Positions 1 to 10,375 of a stretch of 64,000 bases of DNA are shown here, piece by piece. The translations under genes were made by a program, and so were the position numbers. Each line of letters starts with the position of its first letter. The stretch's first letter is position 1. The notes beneath the pieces were generated by a model, which was not told the DNA's origin, did no database searches, and saw only the letters and a program-made list of their open reading frames with translations. The stretch is from positions 1 through 64,000 of the forward strand of contig JBBIML010000014.1 in assembly GCA_037444405.1 (NCBI GenBank). The letters are read 5' to 3'. This DNA is from Armatimonadota bacterium. GTDB lineage: Bacteria; Armatimonadota; Fimbriimonadia; Fimbriimonadales; GBS-DC.

Positions 1-1
1 G

Positions 2-739
2 GGTTCCTCCACTCTGTCCAACGCCGTGACCTATGCGTGGAATCGGGGCTGTGTGCTGGTGGCGGCGGCGGGCAATGGAGGCAGCTCCTCACCGCAGTAT
101 CCTGCCTACTACACGAATGTGATCGCGGTGGCGGCGACCGATCAGAACGATCGGTTGACCTATTTCTCGCAGTATGGTTCGTGGGTGGACATCGCAGCGC
201 CGGGCGCGTCCATCTACTCCACCTATCGGGGCAACAGTTATGCGACGCTATCGGGCACCTCGATGGCGTGTCCACATGTGTCGGGCGTGGTGGCGCTGGT
301 GTGGTCGCACGCACCAAATCTGAGCAATCAGCAGGTACGCACGATAGTGGAGCAGAATGTGGATCCGTACCAGCCCTATTCGGGTCGCACGATAGGTCCG
401 AACGCGGGTCGTGTGAACGCCTATCGCGCGGTACAGGCGGTGAATGTTACCCTCGAATCGCTGACCGTCGAACCGAACCCTGTGCGAGGCGGCACTAATG
501 CGACAGGCACCGTGACGCTCAGCGCTCCAGCGCCGCCAGGTGGAGCAGTTGTGCAACTGCGAACCAACAGCCTTGGCGTCATCACAATACCCAGCAGTGT
601 CACTGTGCCTGCAGGACAGCGATCCGCCAGCTTCACTATTCAGACGACGGCGTGTGGCTACTGCCTCAGTCGTCAGGCGACCATCATAGCGACCTACAAC
701 AGCGTTTCGCGTTCCGCCACGCTGACCATCTGGTACTGA
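2..739 (+). CDS. S8 subtilisin/thermitase-like serine protease, 5'-truncated, with C-terminal Ig-like domain
   Basis: AAAGN oxyanion region and GTSMACPHV catalytic Ser motif; frame open from the window start. Confidence 0.92.
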   Translation, partial: GSSTLSNAVTYAWNRGCVLVAAAGNGGSSSPQYPAYYTNVIAVAATDQNDRLTYFSQYGSWVDIAAPGASIYSTYRGNSYATLSGTSMACPHVSGVVALVWSHAPNLSNQQVRTIVEQNVDPYQPYSGRTIGPNAGRVNAYRAVQAVNVTLESLTVEPNPVRGGTNATGTVTLSAPAPPGGAVVQLRTNSLGVITIPSSVTVPAGQRSASFTIQTTACGYCLSRQATIIATYNSVSRSATLTIWY

Positions 740-795
740 ACCCTGCATGAACCACAGCCACCTTTGGAGCGTCTAATGTTCTGGAGGTGGCTTGA

Positions 796-2676
796 ATGGT
801 TTCGCTACGCAGGCTGCGGTGGGGTTGGGCTTTTTGCCTGATAGTGGCTGGCGCGTGGGCGGGTGCGCAATCGCCTGATCTCGGTCAGGACACGCGCCTG
901 CAGAAGCCTATCACGGTGCAGGAGCCGCTGATCCCGCTCAAGCAGTTATTCCAGCAACTCAGTGCGCAGCTGGGGCTTACGCTCAGCGCCGCGCCCGATA
1001 TTGCCGAAGACAAGGTGTGCGTGCTGGTGAAGGAGCGTCCCGCGCATGAGGTGTTGCGTCGCCTGGCGGAGACGCTGCGCTACGAGTGGCAACGCTCCGA
1101 CACGACCGATGGCTACCGTCTCTATCAGCCGAATCGGGAGCGTGTGCGTGAGGCGCTGTTGCGCCAGGCGCTGCTGCTCGCACGGCGCCAGCTGATGGAG
1201 CCAGCCCTTCGCGCCCTGATTAACCTCGCCCGCCGCTATAGCCCGGACGAGTTGCGCCGCATGAACACGGAAGCGGAGCGTTCTGACCCCGATCAGCAGG
1301 CGCGGCTCATGTCGCTGCTTCAGGATGTGAATCTGTACGCGGCGGCGCGCGTGATGGGCGATTTCCGGGCAACCGAATGGAACCGATTCTGGCAGGGCGA
1401 AACGCTCACCTTCTCCACCGCACCGCAGGCGGGCGAGCTGCCGCTGGCGTCCAGCCTCCAGCAGCTGCTGCGCGAAGGATACTCCTTCACAAAGGCGCGC
1501 TCGCTGGCTCGCGAAGCAGAGGCAGGCGAGGGGGTTATCTCGCTTCGTATGCGGTGGGACGCCTGGCGAGGGACGCTCATTTTGCGCATGGAGCATCGAA
1601 CACGACCTGCACCCGATGGCTCTGGCTCGTTCGGTTCCATCGCGATTCCGCGCAGCCTCTCCGCGGCGGAGCTGATAGGCGGGGACAACGCCAGAGAGAA
1701 GAGCATGACCGCGCTGGAAACCAACCCCAACAATAGAGTATGGCGTGAATGGGCAAATGTCGCGGAGCGACCCACACCCTCACGCCGCGCCACCACCTCC
1801 CCGGAGCCGTTCCCCCTGCCGTCGCCCATCCAGAACAGCCCGCTCGCCCAGCTCATCGAGCTGGCGCGTCGCTATGGGCTGGACCTCTACGCGGACGCCT
1901 ACCGTATCACTCAGGCGGAGCCATCGCTCATCTATCGCCTGAGGCTGAGAAACGAGAAGCTGGCGCCGCCTCGCGAGCAGCTATCGGCGGTGTTCTGGCT
2001 GCGTCAGGAAGAGGATGTGCTGATGGCACGCCATAAGGACTATTTCTGGCTGCGCCCCAGCGAGATACCTGAAGACTCGCTGCGCCCGCTGGAAACTAAA
2101 AAGCAGAAGCAGGAAAGCATCTCGCTGGATGAATGGGCGCAGTTTGCCAGCGCACTGAGCGAGCTGCAGATTGAGCGCATCGCTGGCTTACCGCTGACAG
2201 TGGGCTGGAGCGTGCGCACCGCCAGCGCCCTGAAGTTGCAGCTGCTGGTGCAGGCTGTGCCCGCGTTGCGCTTCTGGGCGAGCCTCACACCCCAGCAGAA
2301 GCAGGCGGCGCTCGCTGGCAAGCGACTCTACTTGAGCCAGCTCACGCCGCCCCAGCGCCAGCGATTCGAGCAGGCGCTCAACGCCCCCTCCCACCACGAC
2401 TGGAACCTGCCCCTCGAAGACATGCCGACCTTCATGACGACCACCACAATCATGAACCTGTCCGATCTAACCCCCTCCAAAGAGCCTTATTTTGTGCTGC
2501 AACGCAGCCAGATGCGGTTTAGTCGAACGCTCCCTGTGGAGATAGGCAGCGGCGACGGGGTCCGCATCCAGCCCCAACCGCCTGACCAGGACATGGAAAA
2601 AACGACGATTATGAACATGCAGTTCTACACGCCCGATCTGAGCCGCAACTTTTCGCTCATGCTTGACATGCTTTGA
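796..2676 (+). CDS. Secreted hypothetical protein; N-terminus resembles a secretin/TonB short N-terminal domain
   Basis: GGAGG RBS, signal peptide ending AGA-Q, D.RL.KPIT...PL..L...LS...G pattern. Confidence 0.6.
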   Translation: MVSLRRLRWGWAFCLIVAGAWAGAQSPDLGQDTRLQKPITVQEPLIPLKQLFQQLSAQLGLTLSAAPDIAEDKVCVLVKERPAHEVLRRLAETLRYEWQRSDTTDGYRLYQPNRERVREALLRQALLLARRQLMEPALRALINLARRYSPDELRRMNTEAERSDPDQQARLMSLLQDVNLYAAARVMGDFRATEWNRFWQGETLTFSTAPQAGELPLASSLQQLLREGYSFTKARSLAREAEAGEGVISLRMRWDAWRGTLILRMEHRTRPAPDGSGSFGSIAIPRSLSAAELIGGDNAREKSMTALETNPNNRVWREWANVAERPTPSRRATTSPEPFPLPSPIQNSPLAQLIELARRYGLDLYADAYRITQAEPSLIYRLRLRNEKLAPPREQLSAVFWLRQEEDVLMARHKDYFWLRPSEIPEDSLRPLETKKQKQESISLDEWAQFASALSELQIERIAGLPLTVGWSVRTASALKLQLLVQAVPALRFWASLTPQQKQAALAGKRLYLSQLTPPQRQRFEQALNAPSHHDWNLPLEDMPTFMTTTTIMNLSDLTPSKEPYFVLQRSQMRFSRTLPVEIGSGDGVRIQPQPPDQDMEKTTIMNMQFYTPDLSRNFSLMLDML

Positions 2677-2681
2677 CGCGC

Positions 2682-4790
2682 CTAAATGTTCAGGTTCTGG
2701 ATATAGTCGGCAAGCTCGCGCTGGGCGTTTTGCACGCGCTGCTTCAGGTTCTCAATCGCCTGGCGCGCCTGTTCGATCTCGCGCTCCTGTTCGGTCAGCT
2801 TCTGCACATACTGCTTGTACAGGTCGGACGCGCGGTCTAACTGCGCCATGTTGGCGCGGATGCGTTCCTGGTCTTTTTCGATGGCGCGGATGCGCTCCTC
2901 ACGGTTGGTTATCGCGGTTTGCAGCTCGCTGATCTGTCGGCGGCGGTTGAGGATTTCCTGCAGGGCGTGGCGCACCGCCTCGCTCGCCTGCGCGTTGCGC
3001 AGCAGAACCTGCAGCGTGTCCTCATTAACGGTCAGGAGCGCGTAGCGTTCTTCGACGGTGCGCTCCTCCACCACCTGCAGGCTTGACGAGCCGCCCGCTT
3101 CGAGGGCGACGCGGAACCGATAGAGGGTGCGCGTGCGCTCCGCCTGCGACGGCTCGATCAGCTGCCAGTCGCCGTCATAGGGCTGTTCCACCAGCACGGT
3201 GCGGGCGCGTCGGTCGCGATTGACGAGGCTGTAGCGATTGGTGCGACGCTGCCGAATCTGCTGCTGGAGGACGCCCCGCGTGATTTTGAGCGTGAGGATT
3301 TCGGCGCGGCTGTCCTGCTGGTCGCGGCGCACCTCCACGCCGGTGTCCAGCGCGTAGGTCAGAATCCGCTCGCCTTTCGGCTCGATGGTGTCTATCAGCG
3401 CGTCACCCCCGTACGAATCGCCGTAATAGATGGTCACTGCGCCCTCCATCAGGGTCAGCTCGGTGGTGTTGATGAGCCGCACGCCAGCGAAGGGATGCAC
3501 AGCGTGGCGGCTGGGATTGTAGAGCGAGACGGGTTCCGCCTCGACGGTCTGATTGATGACAGGCAGCATCGCCGAGCGCTGCCGCTCGATGGACACCGGC
3601 ACCTGCACGCGATACTCGAACAGCGGTCCGAGCGCCTGCCCCTGCGCAACGGATTCGATGCTGCGTTTCATCTCTTCGAGGCTTTCACCCAGCGCTGGCG
3701 GCGCCCCTCTTCGCATGGCACCCGCACCACCGCGCCCCACATGGGGCACGCTTTCGGCGGCGCCTGGCGCCATCGGTTCGGCTTCAACATCCATCTCGGG
3801 CGCTGCTGGAATCGCCGCCTCCGGCAGATAGGGTTCCAGCCCCTCCTCCAGCGGCGGGCGGAAAATCGGGCGCCGAATATAAAGAGGCTCATACAGGTTC
3901 TGAATGAAGCTGATGGGTCTGCCCGAAACGAGCGACACCTGCACGCGGTTCCAGTCTTCGTCGGTGGTGTTTTCGACGATAGCCCAGCCCTGCAGGAGGG
4001 GCTTGCCTGCCTGCGGGATCACGAGCCGATAGCTCATCTTCCAGAGGGGCATCTCGGTGATGTAGCCGACCAGCACCCGTCGTCGTCCGCTGCCCTCGAA
4101 GCGCAGTTCGACCGCCTTGCGCGTGTTGTCCAGCCCGCTGGCGAGCGTTTGCAGGGCGTTGCTCAGCTCGCGCTGCAGGCGTTCATCGAGCAGCCGAAAG
4201 TTGACTACATCGGCGAGCGGCACCGTCTGCACGCCCTGCTCGGTGAGCAGATTCAGCCAGTACTCCTCGCGCGTCGGGGGCGCCTGCCACCCGGAAAAGC
4301 CCGATGGTGCAGCCCCCGGCAAACCGCGCGAAGCGGATGTTTCTGGCACAGGCGGACCTGTCCGAACCGGCTGTGACTCAACGCTCAAAATCGTGCCCTG
4401 CAGCGTGGTGAGGGCTTCTGACTGGCGAACACGCACCTCGATGGGCACGCCGCGCAGGCGCGTCAGCAGCATCGCACGGGACGGGTTATCCGCAATATTA
4501 ATTGCATAGGAGCTGAGCGTGCGAGCCAGCGGGTCGCGCGGCGTGTATTGCACCGTCTGGATGCGCCCGCCATCGAAGTCGATCAGCACCATCGATTTGA
4601 GCAAATCGTTCATCTGCGGCTCGCGCAGCATGAGCGTGAGCGTGGCGTTGCCATCAATCGTGCCTGTGCGCTCGATGTAGCCGACCCCGCTGCGGAACAG
4701 CACCACGCGCGTGATGGGCAACATCGGCTGGCAGTAAGCCCCTGCGCCCAGCGCAAGGGTTATCAAAACTGCGAGCATCCATGTTTGCAT
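2682..4790 (-). CDS. DUF4139-family secreted protein with C-terminal coiled coil
   Basis: LPITRVVLFRSGVGY, W.MSYRL, GWAIVENTTDEDW.RVQVSLVSGRP; GGAGG before ATG 4790. Confidence 0.8.
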   Translation of the reverse strand: MQTWMLAVLITLALGAGAYCQPMLPITRVVLFRSGVGYIERTGTIDGNATLTLMLREPQMNDLLKSMVLIDFDGGRIQTVQYTPRDPLARTLSSYAINIADNPSRAMLLTRLRGVPIEVRVRQSEALTTLQGTILSVESQPVRTGPPVPETSASRGLPGAAPSGFSGWQAPPTREEYWLNLLTEQGVQTVPLADVVNFRLLDERLQRELSNALQTLASGLDNTRKAVELRFEGSGRRRVLVGYITEMPLWKMSYRLVIPQAGKPLLQGWAIVENTTDEDWNRVQVSLVSGRPISFIQNLYEPLYIRRPIFRPPLEEGLEPYLPEAAIPAAPEMDVEAEPMAPGAAESVPHVGRGGAGAMRRGAPPALGESLEEMKRSIESVAQGQALGPLFEYRVQVPVSIERQRSAMLPVINQTVEAEPVSLYNPSRHAVHPFAGVRLINTTELTLMEGAVTIYYGDSYGGDALIDTIEPKGERILTYALDTGVEVRRDQQDSRAEILTLKITRGVLQQQIRQRRTNRYSLVNRDRRARTVLVEQPYDGDWQLIEPSQAERTRTLYRFRVALEAGGSSSLQVVEERTVEERYALLTVNEDTLQVLLRNAQASEAVRHALQEILNRRRQISELQTAITNREERIRAIEKDQERIRANMAQLDRASDLYKQYVQKLTEQEREIEQARQAIENLKQRVQNAQRELADYIQNLNI

Positions 4791-4861
4791 GGTTGGCACC
4801 TCCTGCCCATAGTATGACGCATGCCCGTAGAAGCATGTTTCCAGCGACGCTTCCGATCGCG

Positions 4862-6004
4862 TCAGGTGCATGGATTCAGGCGGTCTCTAAGTGTAAGCGC
4901 CGTCAGCAGGCAGAGACCTGCCACCAGTGCGCCCATCCAGCCTGCGGGCAGGTTAGCTGGCGACAGCCCCGCGCCGATGGGTCCCAGCACATAGCCGAGC
5001 GAGTAGAAGGCGTACAGCAGCGCCAGCGCGGTGCCCCGCAGGTGCGATTCGACGCTCTCATAGGCGAGCAGATGCACGGCAGGGAAGCACAGCCCGAAGC
5101 CCGCGCCGAACAGCATAACCGCGCTCCATGCGCCATAGGGGAGCGCGACGGTTTCCAGCGCCAGTGCGCCCAGCGCGATCAGCGCCACACCTGTGAACGC
5201 CCGCTGAAACGCGCCGCCCAGCGCTGCCCGCCGCCGAACCGCCACCATCACCAGAACCGAGAGAAGCGCGAACAGCCCGAATAGCCGACCGCGATACGCC
5301 GCGCCGTAGCTCACCGCCTCCAGCATCACAGGTAGCCGATAGGTCAGCATGCCCATCGCGAAGGTCATGCCGAAAGTGAGCAGATAGACACTCAGCAAAG
5401 CGGTCTGCTTCAGCACGATCAGCGGATGGATGCGCGCCTCACGCGGCGGTCGAACATACCGCTCTGGCATCCAGCGCAGTGCCGATAGCCCTGTCAATCC
5501 CATCAGCAGGGCGATCCCCGTAAAGAGGCTCGGCTCGCCATACCGTTCCGCCACGATGCCGCCGATGGGCGGCGCCAGCAGGGCGACCAGCCCGATTGTT
5601 GCCCCTGTCTGTCCCATCGCGCGCACGCGGTTCGCCTGCCCGTGCTCGCCCACCAGCGCGAACAGGGCGGGGATGAACACCGCGCCGCTGGCACCATGCA
5701 ACGCGCGCACCATCAGCAGGAGCCACCAGTCGCGCACAAGCCCGTACAGGGCGACCAGCACGCCAGCGGTCATCAGGCTCACCGCCATCGGCAGCCGACG
5801 CCCCCATCGATCCAGCAGCACGCCCGCGCCAGCGCTGGTCAGCAGGTTCGCCAGCGAATAGACGCCCACGATCAGCCCCGCCTGCGCCTCGCTCGCGCCT
5901 AACTGCCGCGCGTAGGGGGCAAGCACAGGGAGCATCGCGAAGGTGTCCAGAAACGCCACAAACGCCACAGCCCGCAGTATTCCGGGCGCTGTGGCGTCCC
6001 GCAT
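4862..6004 (-). CDS. MFS transporter
   Basis: About 12 hydrophobic segments and motif A (GVLLDRWGRR); alternative start at 6073. Confidence 0.88.
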   Translation of the reverse strand: MRDATAPGILRAVAFVAFLDTFAMLPVLAPYARQLGASEAQAGLIVGVYSLANLLTSAGAGVLLDRWGRRLPMAVSLMTAGVLVALYGLVRDWWLLLMVRALHGASGAVFIPALFALVGEHGQANRVRAMGQTGATIGLVALLAPPIGGIVAERYGEPSLFTGIALLMGLTGLSALRWMPERYVRPPREARIHPLIVLKQTALLSVYLLTFGMTFAMGMLTYRLPVMLEAVSYGAAYRGRLFGLFALLSVLVMVAVRRRAALGGAFQRAFTGVALIALGALALETVALPYGAWSAVMLFGAGFGLCFPAVHLLAYESVESHLRGTALALLYAFYSLGYVLGPIGAGLSPANLPAGWMGALVAGLCLLTALTLRDRLNPCT

Positions 6005-6240
6005 TGGCTGACCATCCGAACCGCCTGGCACCACGCATGAAAGGATACCTGCAGGCGGTATAATCGGGCGCATGGCGCGTTTTCCTGTGGGGCGCACGCT
6101 CCTGCTCGGTTGCGCCTTTATCCAGCCTCTGGCGCCAATCCCGCAAAAATCGCAGGGGGCAAAAGGGTCAATCATGGGGTATAATTCATTTGAGCGGAAT
6201 GATTCACTGGGCTAAACTACACAATCGGAGGATGAGAGCG

Positions 6241-7386
6241 ATGAGAACCCAACCGAAAGGAAGGAGTCGGCTGATCGCTGTGGGTGTCGGCGTCTGGCTG
6301 GTTGCCGCGCTTTCGGCGCAGAGCCTCACCTGGCTGGGCACGCTGGGTGGCAGCTGGAGTTATGCCTACGATGTTTCGCCCGACGGCGGCGTGGTGGTCG
6401 GCGTGGCGCAGAATCAGAGCCTCTATCCGCACGCGTTTCTCTGGACGCGCGCGGGCGGAATGCGCGATCTGGGCACGCTGGGCGGCACCAGCAGTGAGGC
6501 CCGCGCCATCTCAGGTGATGGCTCCGTCGTGGCAGGGATCGCAATGGATAGTAGCGGGCGATGGCGCGCGTTCCGCTGGACCAGCAGCACCGGACTGACC
6601 GATCTGGGCACGCTGGGCGGCGAGTGGGGCGCGGCGCTGGCGATGAGCCGGGACGGTTCGGTGATAGCGGGCTGGGCGGACGATGCAGCGGATAATGTCC
6701 GCGCCTTCCGCTGGACAGCCGGGCAGGGCATGCAGGACCTCGGCACGCTGGGCGGGCTGGTCAGCGCAGCGTATGGGGTATCGGCAGATGGCAGGGTGAT
6801 TGTCGGCTGGGCACACATGGAGACAGGCGTGCGCCGCGCCTTTCGCTGGAGTGAACCGCATGGGATGGTGAATCTGGGCACTTTCCCGGGTGGGGGCGCC
6901 AGCAGTGCGATGGCAGCCTCGGCGGACGGCTCGGTTGTGGTGGGCGCGGCACGAATCGGTCCCGACCGCACTGACCCGCCCCATGCATTCCGCTGGACAG
7001 CCGAGCAGGGTCTGCAGGACCTCGGCGCTCTGCCCAACTTCCCGATGGCGCATGCCTTCGATGTCAGCGATGACGGCTCGGTGATTGTCGGCTACGCGCA
7101 GAACGCTGATGAGGAGTATCGCGCGATCTGGTGGACACCGGCGCACGGGCTGGAAGACCTGAACGAGCGGTTTGCCGCCCTGCTCACCGATGGCTCCATC
7201 CTGTGGACGGCGCGCGCCGTTTCTGCTGGTGGGCGGTATATCGTCGGGCGCGGCTACAACGCTGGAACAGGACAGTTCGAAGCCTACCTGCTGGACACCA
7301 TACCGGAGCCATCCAGCGGTCTCCTGCTGGTCAGCACGGCGCTGGGCTGGATCGTCGTTCGCTGTCGGTCGGGCAGGCGCTTGTAG
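6241..7386 (+). CDS. HAF-repeat extracellular beta-propeller protein with PEP-CTERM sorting signal
   Basis: Repeated (H/R)AF(R/L)W...DLGTLGG units; C-terminal IPEP, TM segment and Arg-rich tail. Confidence 0.9.
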   Translation: MRTQPKGRSRLIAVGVGVWLVAALSAQSLTWLGTLGGSWSYAYDVSPDGGVVVGVAQNQSLYPHAFLWTRAGGMRDLGTLGGTSSEARAISGDGSVVAGIAMDSSGRWRAFRWTSSTGLTDLGTLGGEWGAALAMSRDGSVIAGWADDAADNVRAFRWTAGQGMQDLGTLGGLVSAAYGVSADGRVIVGWAHMETGVRRAFRWSEPHGMVNLGTFPGGGASSAMAASADGSVVVGAARIGPDRTDPPHAFRWTAEQGLQDLGALPNFPMAHAFDVSDDGSVIVGYAQNADEEYRAIWWTPAHGLEDLNERFAALLTDGSILWTARAVSAGGRYIVGRGYNAGTGQFEAYLLDTIPEPSSGLLLVSTALGWIVVRCRSGRRL

Positions 7387-7389
7387 CCG

Positions 7390-9084
7390 CTAAGCCGCAT
7401 ACGGCAGGGGCATCCGGGTCTCGCCTATCAGCGACAGCGCCTCTTCAAGGCTGGTGACGCCCTGCAGCACCTTCTGGCGGATGTCCTCCCAGAGCGGGAA
7501 GAGCGTGTCAGGTGGGCAGGCGGTGCGCAGTGTGGCGCTATCGGCGCCCTGCGCGATCAGCCGACGCACCGGGTCGCTGACAATCAGCAGCTCGTACACA
7601 CCGACACGCCCCCGATAGCCAATCCGGTTGCACTCCGGGCAGCCACGCGCCTCATACAGCGTGAGGGTTCCCGTGCCCAGTGCGCGACACACCGATTCGG
7701 CGTCCACCTGCACGGGTTCACGGCAATGGATGCAGAGTCGGCGGGCGAGCCGCTGTGCCAGCACACCGGTGAGCGCGGAGTTAATCAGAAAGGCGGGGAT
7801 ACCCATATCCAGCAGGCGAGCGGGCGCGCTGGTGGCGTCGTTGGTGTGCAGAGTGGACAGCACCAAATGCCCTGTCATCGCGGCGCGGCAGGCAATCTCG
7901 GCGGTCTCGGTGTCGCGAATCTCGCCCACCAGCACCACATCGGGGTCCTGACGCAGAATCGCCCGCAACTGATTGGCGAAGGTCAGCCCCGCACGCTCAT
8001 TCACCTGCGATTGACCGATACCCTCCAGCGTGTACTCGATGGGGTCTTCACAGGTGAGGATATTGCGTCGGTCCGAGCGCAGGTGCTGCAGCAGGGCATA
8101 GAGCGTGGTGGTCTTGCCCGCGCCTGTGGGACCCGTCACCAGAATCAGCCCCCACGGGCGCGCGACCAGCTCCAGCAGCTGGTTCAGCACCGCGTCGGGC
8201 ATGCCCAGCTGATTCAGCGAGAGCAGGGACTGGCTCCGATCCAGCAGGCGCACGACAATCCGCTCGCCGAAGGCGGTCGGCAGGGTGGACACGCGCGTGT
8301 CGATGCGGCGCTCGCCCACGCGGAAAGTGAATCGCCCATCCTGCGGTCGGCGCCGCTCCGCGATGTCCATCTCTGCCATCAGCTTGACCCGCGCCAGCAC
8401 CGACGCCTGCAAACCGCGCGGGATCGTGCGCACAGGATACAGCACGCCGTCCACGCGGAACCGAACCTGCAGCCGCTGCTCCTGCGGCTCAAAATGAATA
8501 TCGCTCGCCCGCTGCTCCACCGCCTCAAAGAGCAGGGTGTTGACCAGTCGGATGATCGGCGGCTGGTTCACCGTCTCCTGCACCTGCAGCAACTCGTCCG
8601 GATCGGCGTCAAGCGCTGGCTCATGCTCGGTGGGCAGAATCTCGTCGGGCACGCCATAGCACTGCGCAATCATGTGCAGGATGCGTTCGGGCGGTGAATA
8701 GTAGAGCTTCAGCTGCAAACCTGTGAGCTGGCGGATATAGTCCTGCGCCGCCACATCGTTGGGGTCTGCCATCGTCAGGTGCAGGGTGTTGCCCTCGCGA
8801 CGCAGAGGGAACACGAAGTGGCGTGTCGCGATGGTGTCGGGCACCAGCGTGCGCAACGAGGCATCCCACTGGTTCACCGAGAGGCGGAGCGGCTCATAGG
8901 GCACCTCATATTGAGCCGCCTGCGCCTCATAATAATCTTCATGCGTGATATAGCCCAGCTCAATCAGCGTCTCGCCGAGCCGCTTGCCCGTGAGCCGCTG
9001 GGTCTCCAGCGCCTCCTGCAGCTGCTGGGGCGCGATCTTGCCCTGCTGAATCAGCCATTCGCCCAGACGCTTTGTGCCATACAT
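7390..9084 (-). CDS. GspE/PilB-family type II secretion / type IV pilus assembly ATPase
   Basis: N-terminal RLGE..L (MshEN-like) repeats, GPTGAGKTT, LRQDPDVVLVGEIRD, CxxC...CxxC. Confidence 0.93.
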   Translation of the reverse strand: MYGTKRLGEWLIQQGKIAPQQLQEALETQRLTGKRLGETLIELGYITHEDYYEAQAAQYEVPYEPLRLSVNQWDASLRTLVPDTIATRHFVFPLRREGNTLHLTMADPNDVAAQDYIRQLTGLQLKLYYSPPERILHMIAQCYGVPDEILPTEHEPALDADPDELLQVQETVNQPPIIRLVNTLLFEAVEQRASDIHFEPQEQRLQVRFRVDGVLYPVRTIPRGLQASVLARVKLMAEMDIAERRRPQDGRFTFRVGERRIDTRVSTLPTAFGERIVVRLLDRSQSLLSLNQLGMPDAVLNQLLELVARPWGLILVTGPTGAGKTTTLYALLQHLRSDRRNILTCEDPIEYTLEGIGQSQVNERAGLTFANQLRAILRQDPDVVLVGEIRDTETAEIACRAAMTGHLVLSTLHTNDATSAPARLLDMGIPAFLINSALTGVLAQRLARRLCIHCREPVQVDAESVCRALGTGTLTLYEARGCPECNRIGYRGRVGVYELLIVSDPVRRLIAQGADSATLRTACPPDTLFPLWEDIRQKVLQGVTSLEEALSLIGETRMPLPYAA

Positions 9085-9217
9085 CGCTCGTCCCTGCAGG
9101 AATTATCGGCTTGCGGGGCGAATCTCTCTATAGACGGCGCTGTCATCCGAACGCCGACTGAAATAAGGATGACTTTTGAGCAGCATCTGTCAAGTTCGAG
9201 TATGGAGGTGATACCAG

Positions 9218-10165
9218 ATGGCATTTCAACCGAATCGATTGCTGACGCATCCGATAAATAGATACTTAGCGGAGGTTCTGCAAGCGACGGGAGAATATGA
9301 GCTGCTGTTGCGTCCGGCGCGACGGTTCGTGTTCCATCCGCTCTATCGTCCGTCGGCGTATATCCCGGAGTTCAACAAGCCCTGCTTTGGCGTGCTGGTG
9401 ATGCCCGATGACCTGGAGAAGCGCCCCTTTATGGTGCTGGAAACGGAGCCGACCTTAAGCGAGGCGTTGCGAGAGGCGTATCGCGAATGTGAGCTGTTAT
9501 GGCTGGAGGTCTATGAGGGACCCGCGGGCGTCCACCTGAGCTGTGAGATGGCAGGTATTCGGATGGAGATAGCGTCCGCGACGCCGCATCTGGGGACGGC
9601 GATTCACGCGCCGCTGGCGCTTCTGCGCGCCCGCTACGGACGGACACATACCCCACCCGGGCGGCTGGTGCAGAGCTTCCATGAGCGGCTTCTGCGCGAA
9701 GCCGTCGACTGCCTCGCGTTGCGGTACGCGATTGCCTGCCATCATCAGGTTCCGTTCGGCTTTGTCACGGGCTATCGGGCAAATATGCCTCCTGCCATCG
9801 CTCGCTCCGCTGTCGATCTGGTCATTACGCTCAGCTTCGGGATGAACCCTGACGCGCTGGTGGTGCTACCCATCAACCTGAACCTGCATAACGCCCACCA
9901 GGAGAACGAGCAAACGACCGAGAAGGACCGTCTCATCACCGAGTTCGCCCGATCGATTGGCATGCCGATGCTGACCATTCGCGCGGCGGACCAGCCCGAC
10001 GCGTATCGGTTCGAATGCACGGGGCTGGATGTGGAGCCGGTGGTGGTTCAGGGGCGTGCGCCTGCCGATTGGGCAGAGGCGATCCGTCCTGTGCTGGAAT
10101 CGGCGCTGCACGCGCTCGATCTGCCACGCGAATGGTGGTATAATCGGGATGGAGGCAAGTCATGA
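9218..10165 (+). CDS. Hypothetical protein, possibly a degenerate DUF2726/Vsr-like fold
   Basis: GGAGG RBS; C-terminal VDLVI...H...KDR...IGMPMLTI pattern. Confidence 0.55.
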   Translation: MAFQPNRLLTHPINRYLAEVLQATGEYELLLRPARRFVFHPLYRPSAYIPEFNKPCFGVLVMPDDLEKRPFMVLETEPTLSEALREAYRECELLWLEVYEGPAGVHLSCEMAGIRMEIASATPHLGTAIHAPLALLRARYGRTHTPPGRLVQSFHERLLREAVDCLALRYAIACHHQVPFGFVTGYRANMPPAIARSAVDLVITLSFGMNPDALVVLPINLNLHNAHQENEQTTEKDRLITEFARSIGMPMLTIRAADQPDAYRFECTGLDVEPVVVQGRAPADWAEAIRPVLESALHALDLPREWWYNRDGGKS

Positions 10166-10311
10166 ACAAGATCGGGCTGATTCTGGCGGTTGCAGCCCTG
10201 CTGGGCGTGGGTGCGGCTGCGCTCGTGGCAGGTCTGCGCGAGGGCAAAGCGGCATCCGCCGCAGCGGTGTCCAATAGCACCAAAAAGCCCGCCTGCTGCG
10301 CAGGGCACTGA
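10162..10311 (+). CDS. 49-aa microprotein (signal/TM segment, C-terminal CCAGH); absent from the ORF track
   Basis: GGAGG at 10151, ATGA overlap with the upstream stop, MNKIGLILAVAALLGVGAAALVAGLREGKAASAAAVSNSTKKPACCAGH, followed by a hairpin. Confidence 0.7.
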   Translation: MNKIGLILAVAALLGVGAAALVAGLREGKAASAAAVSNSTKKPACCAGH

Positions 10312-10333
10312 CGGCGGCAGCGAAGCCCATCTT

Positions 10334-10366
10334 CAGGCAGGGGCGGTAAAAACCGTTCCCTGCCTG
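10334..10366. terminator. Hairpin between convergent genes
   Basis: CAGGCAGGGGCGGT-AAAA-ACCGTTCCCTGCCTG. Confidence 0.65.
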
Positions 10367-10375
10367 TTTGCGCAT

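Noticed and set aside
6460..7030. Recurring GATCTGGGCACGCTGGGCGG-type DNA repeats
   Set aside because: Explained by the protein-level HAF repeats (DLGTLGG).
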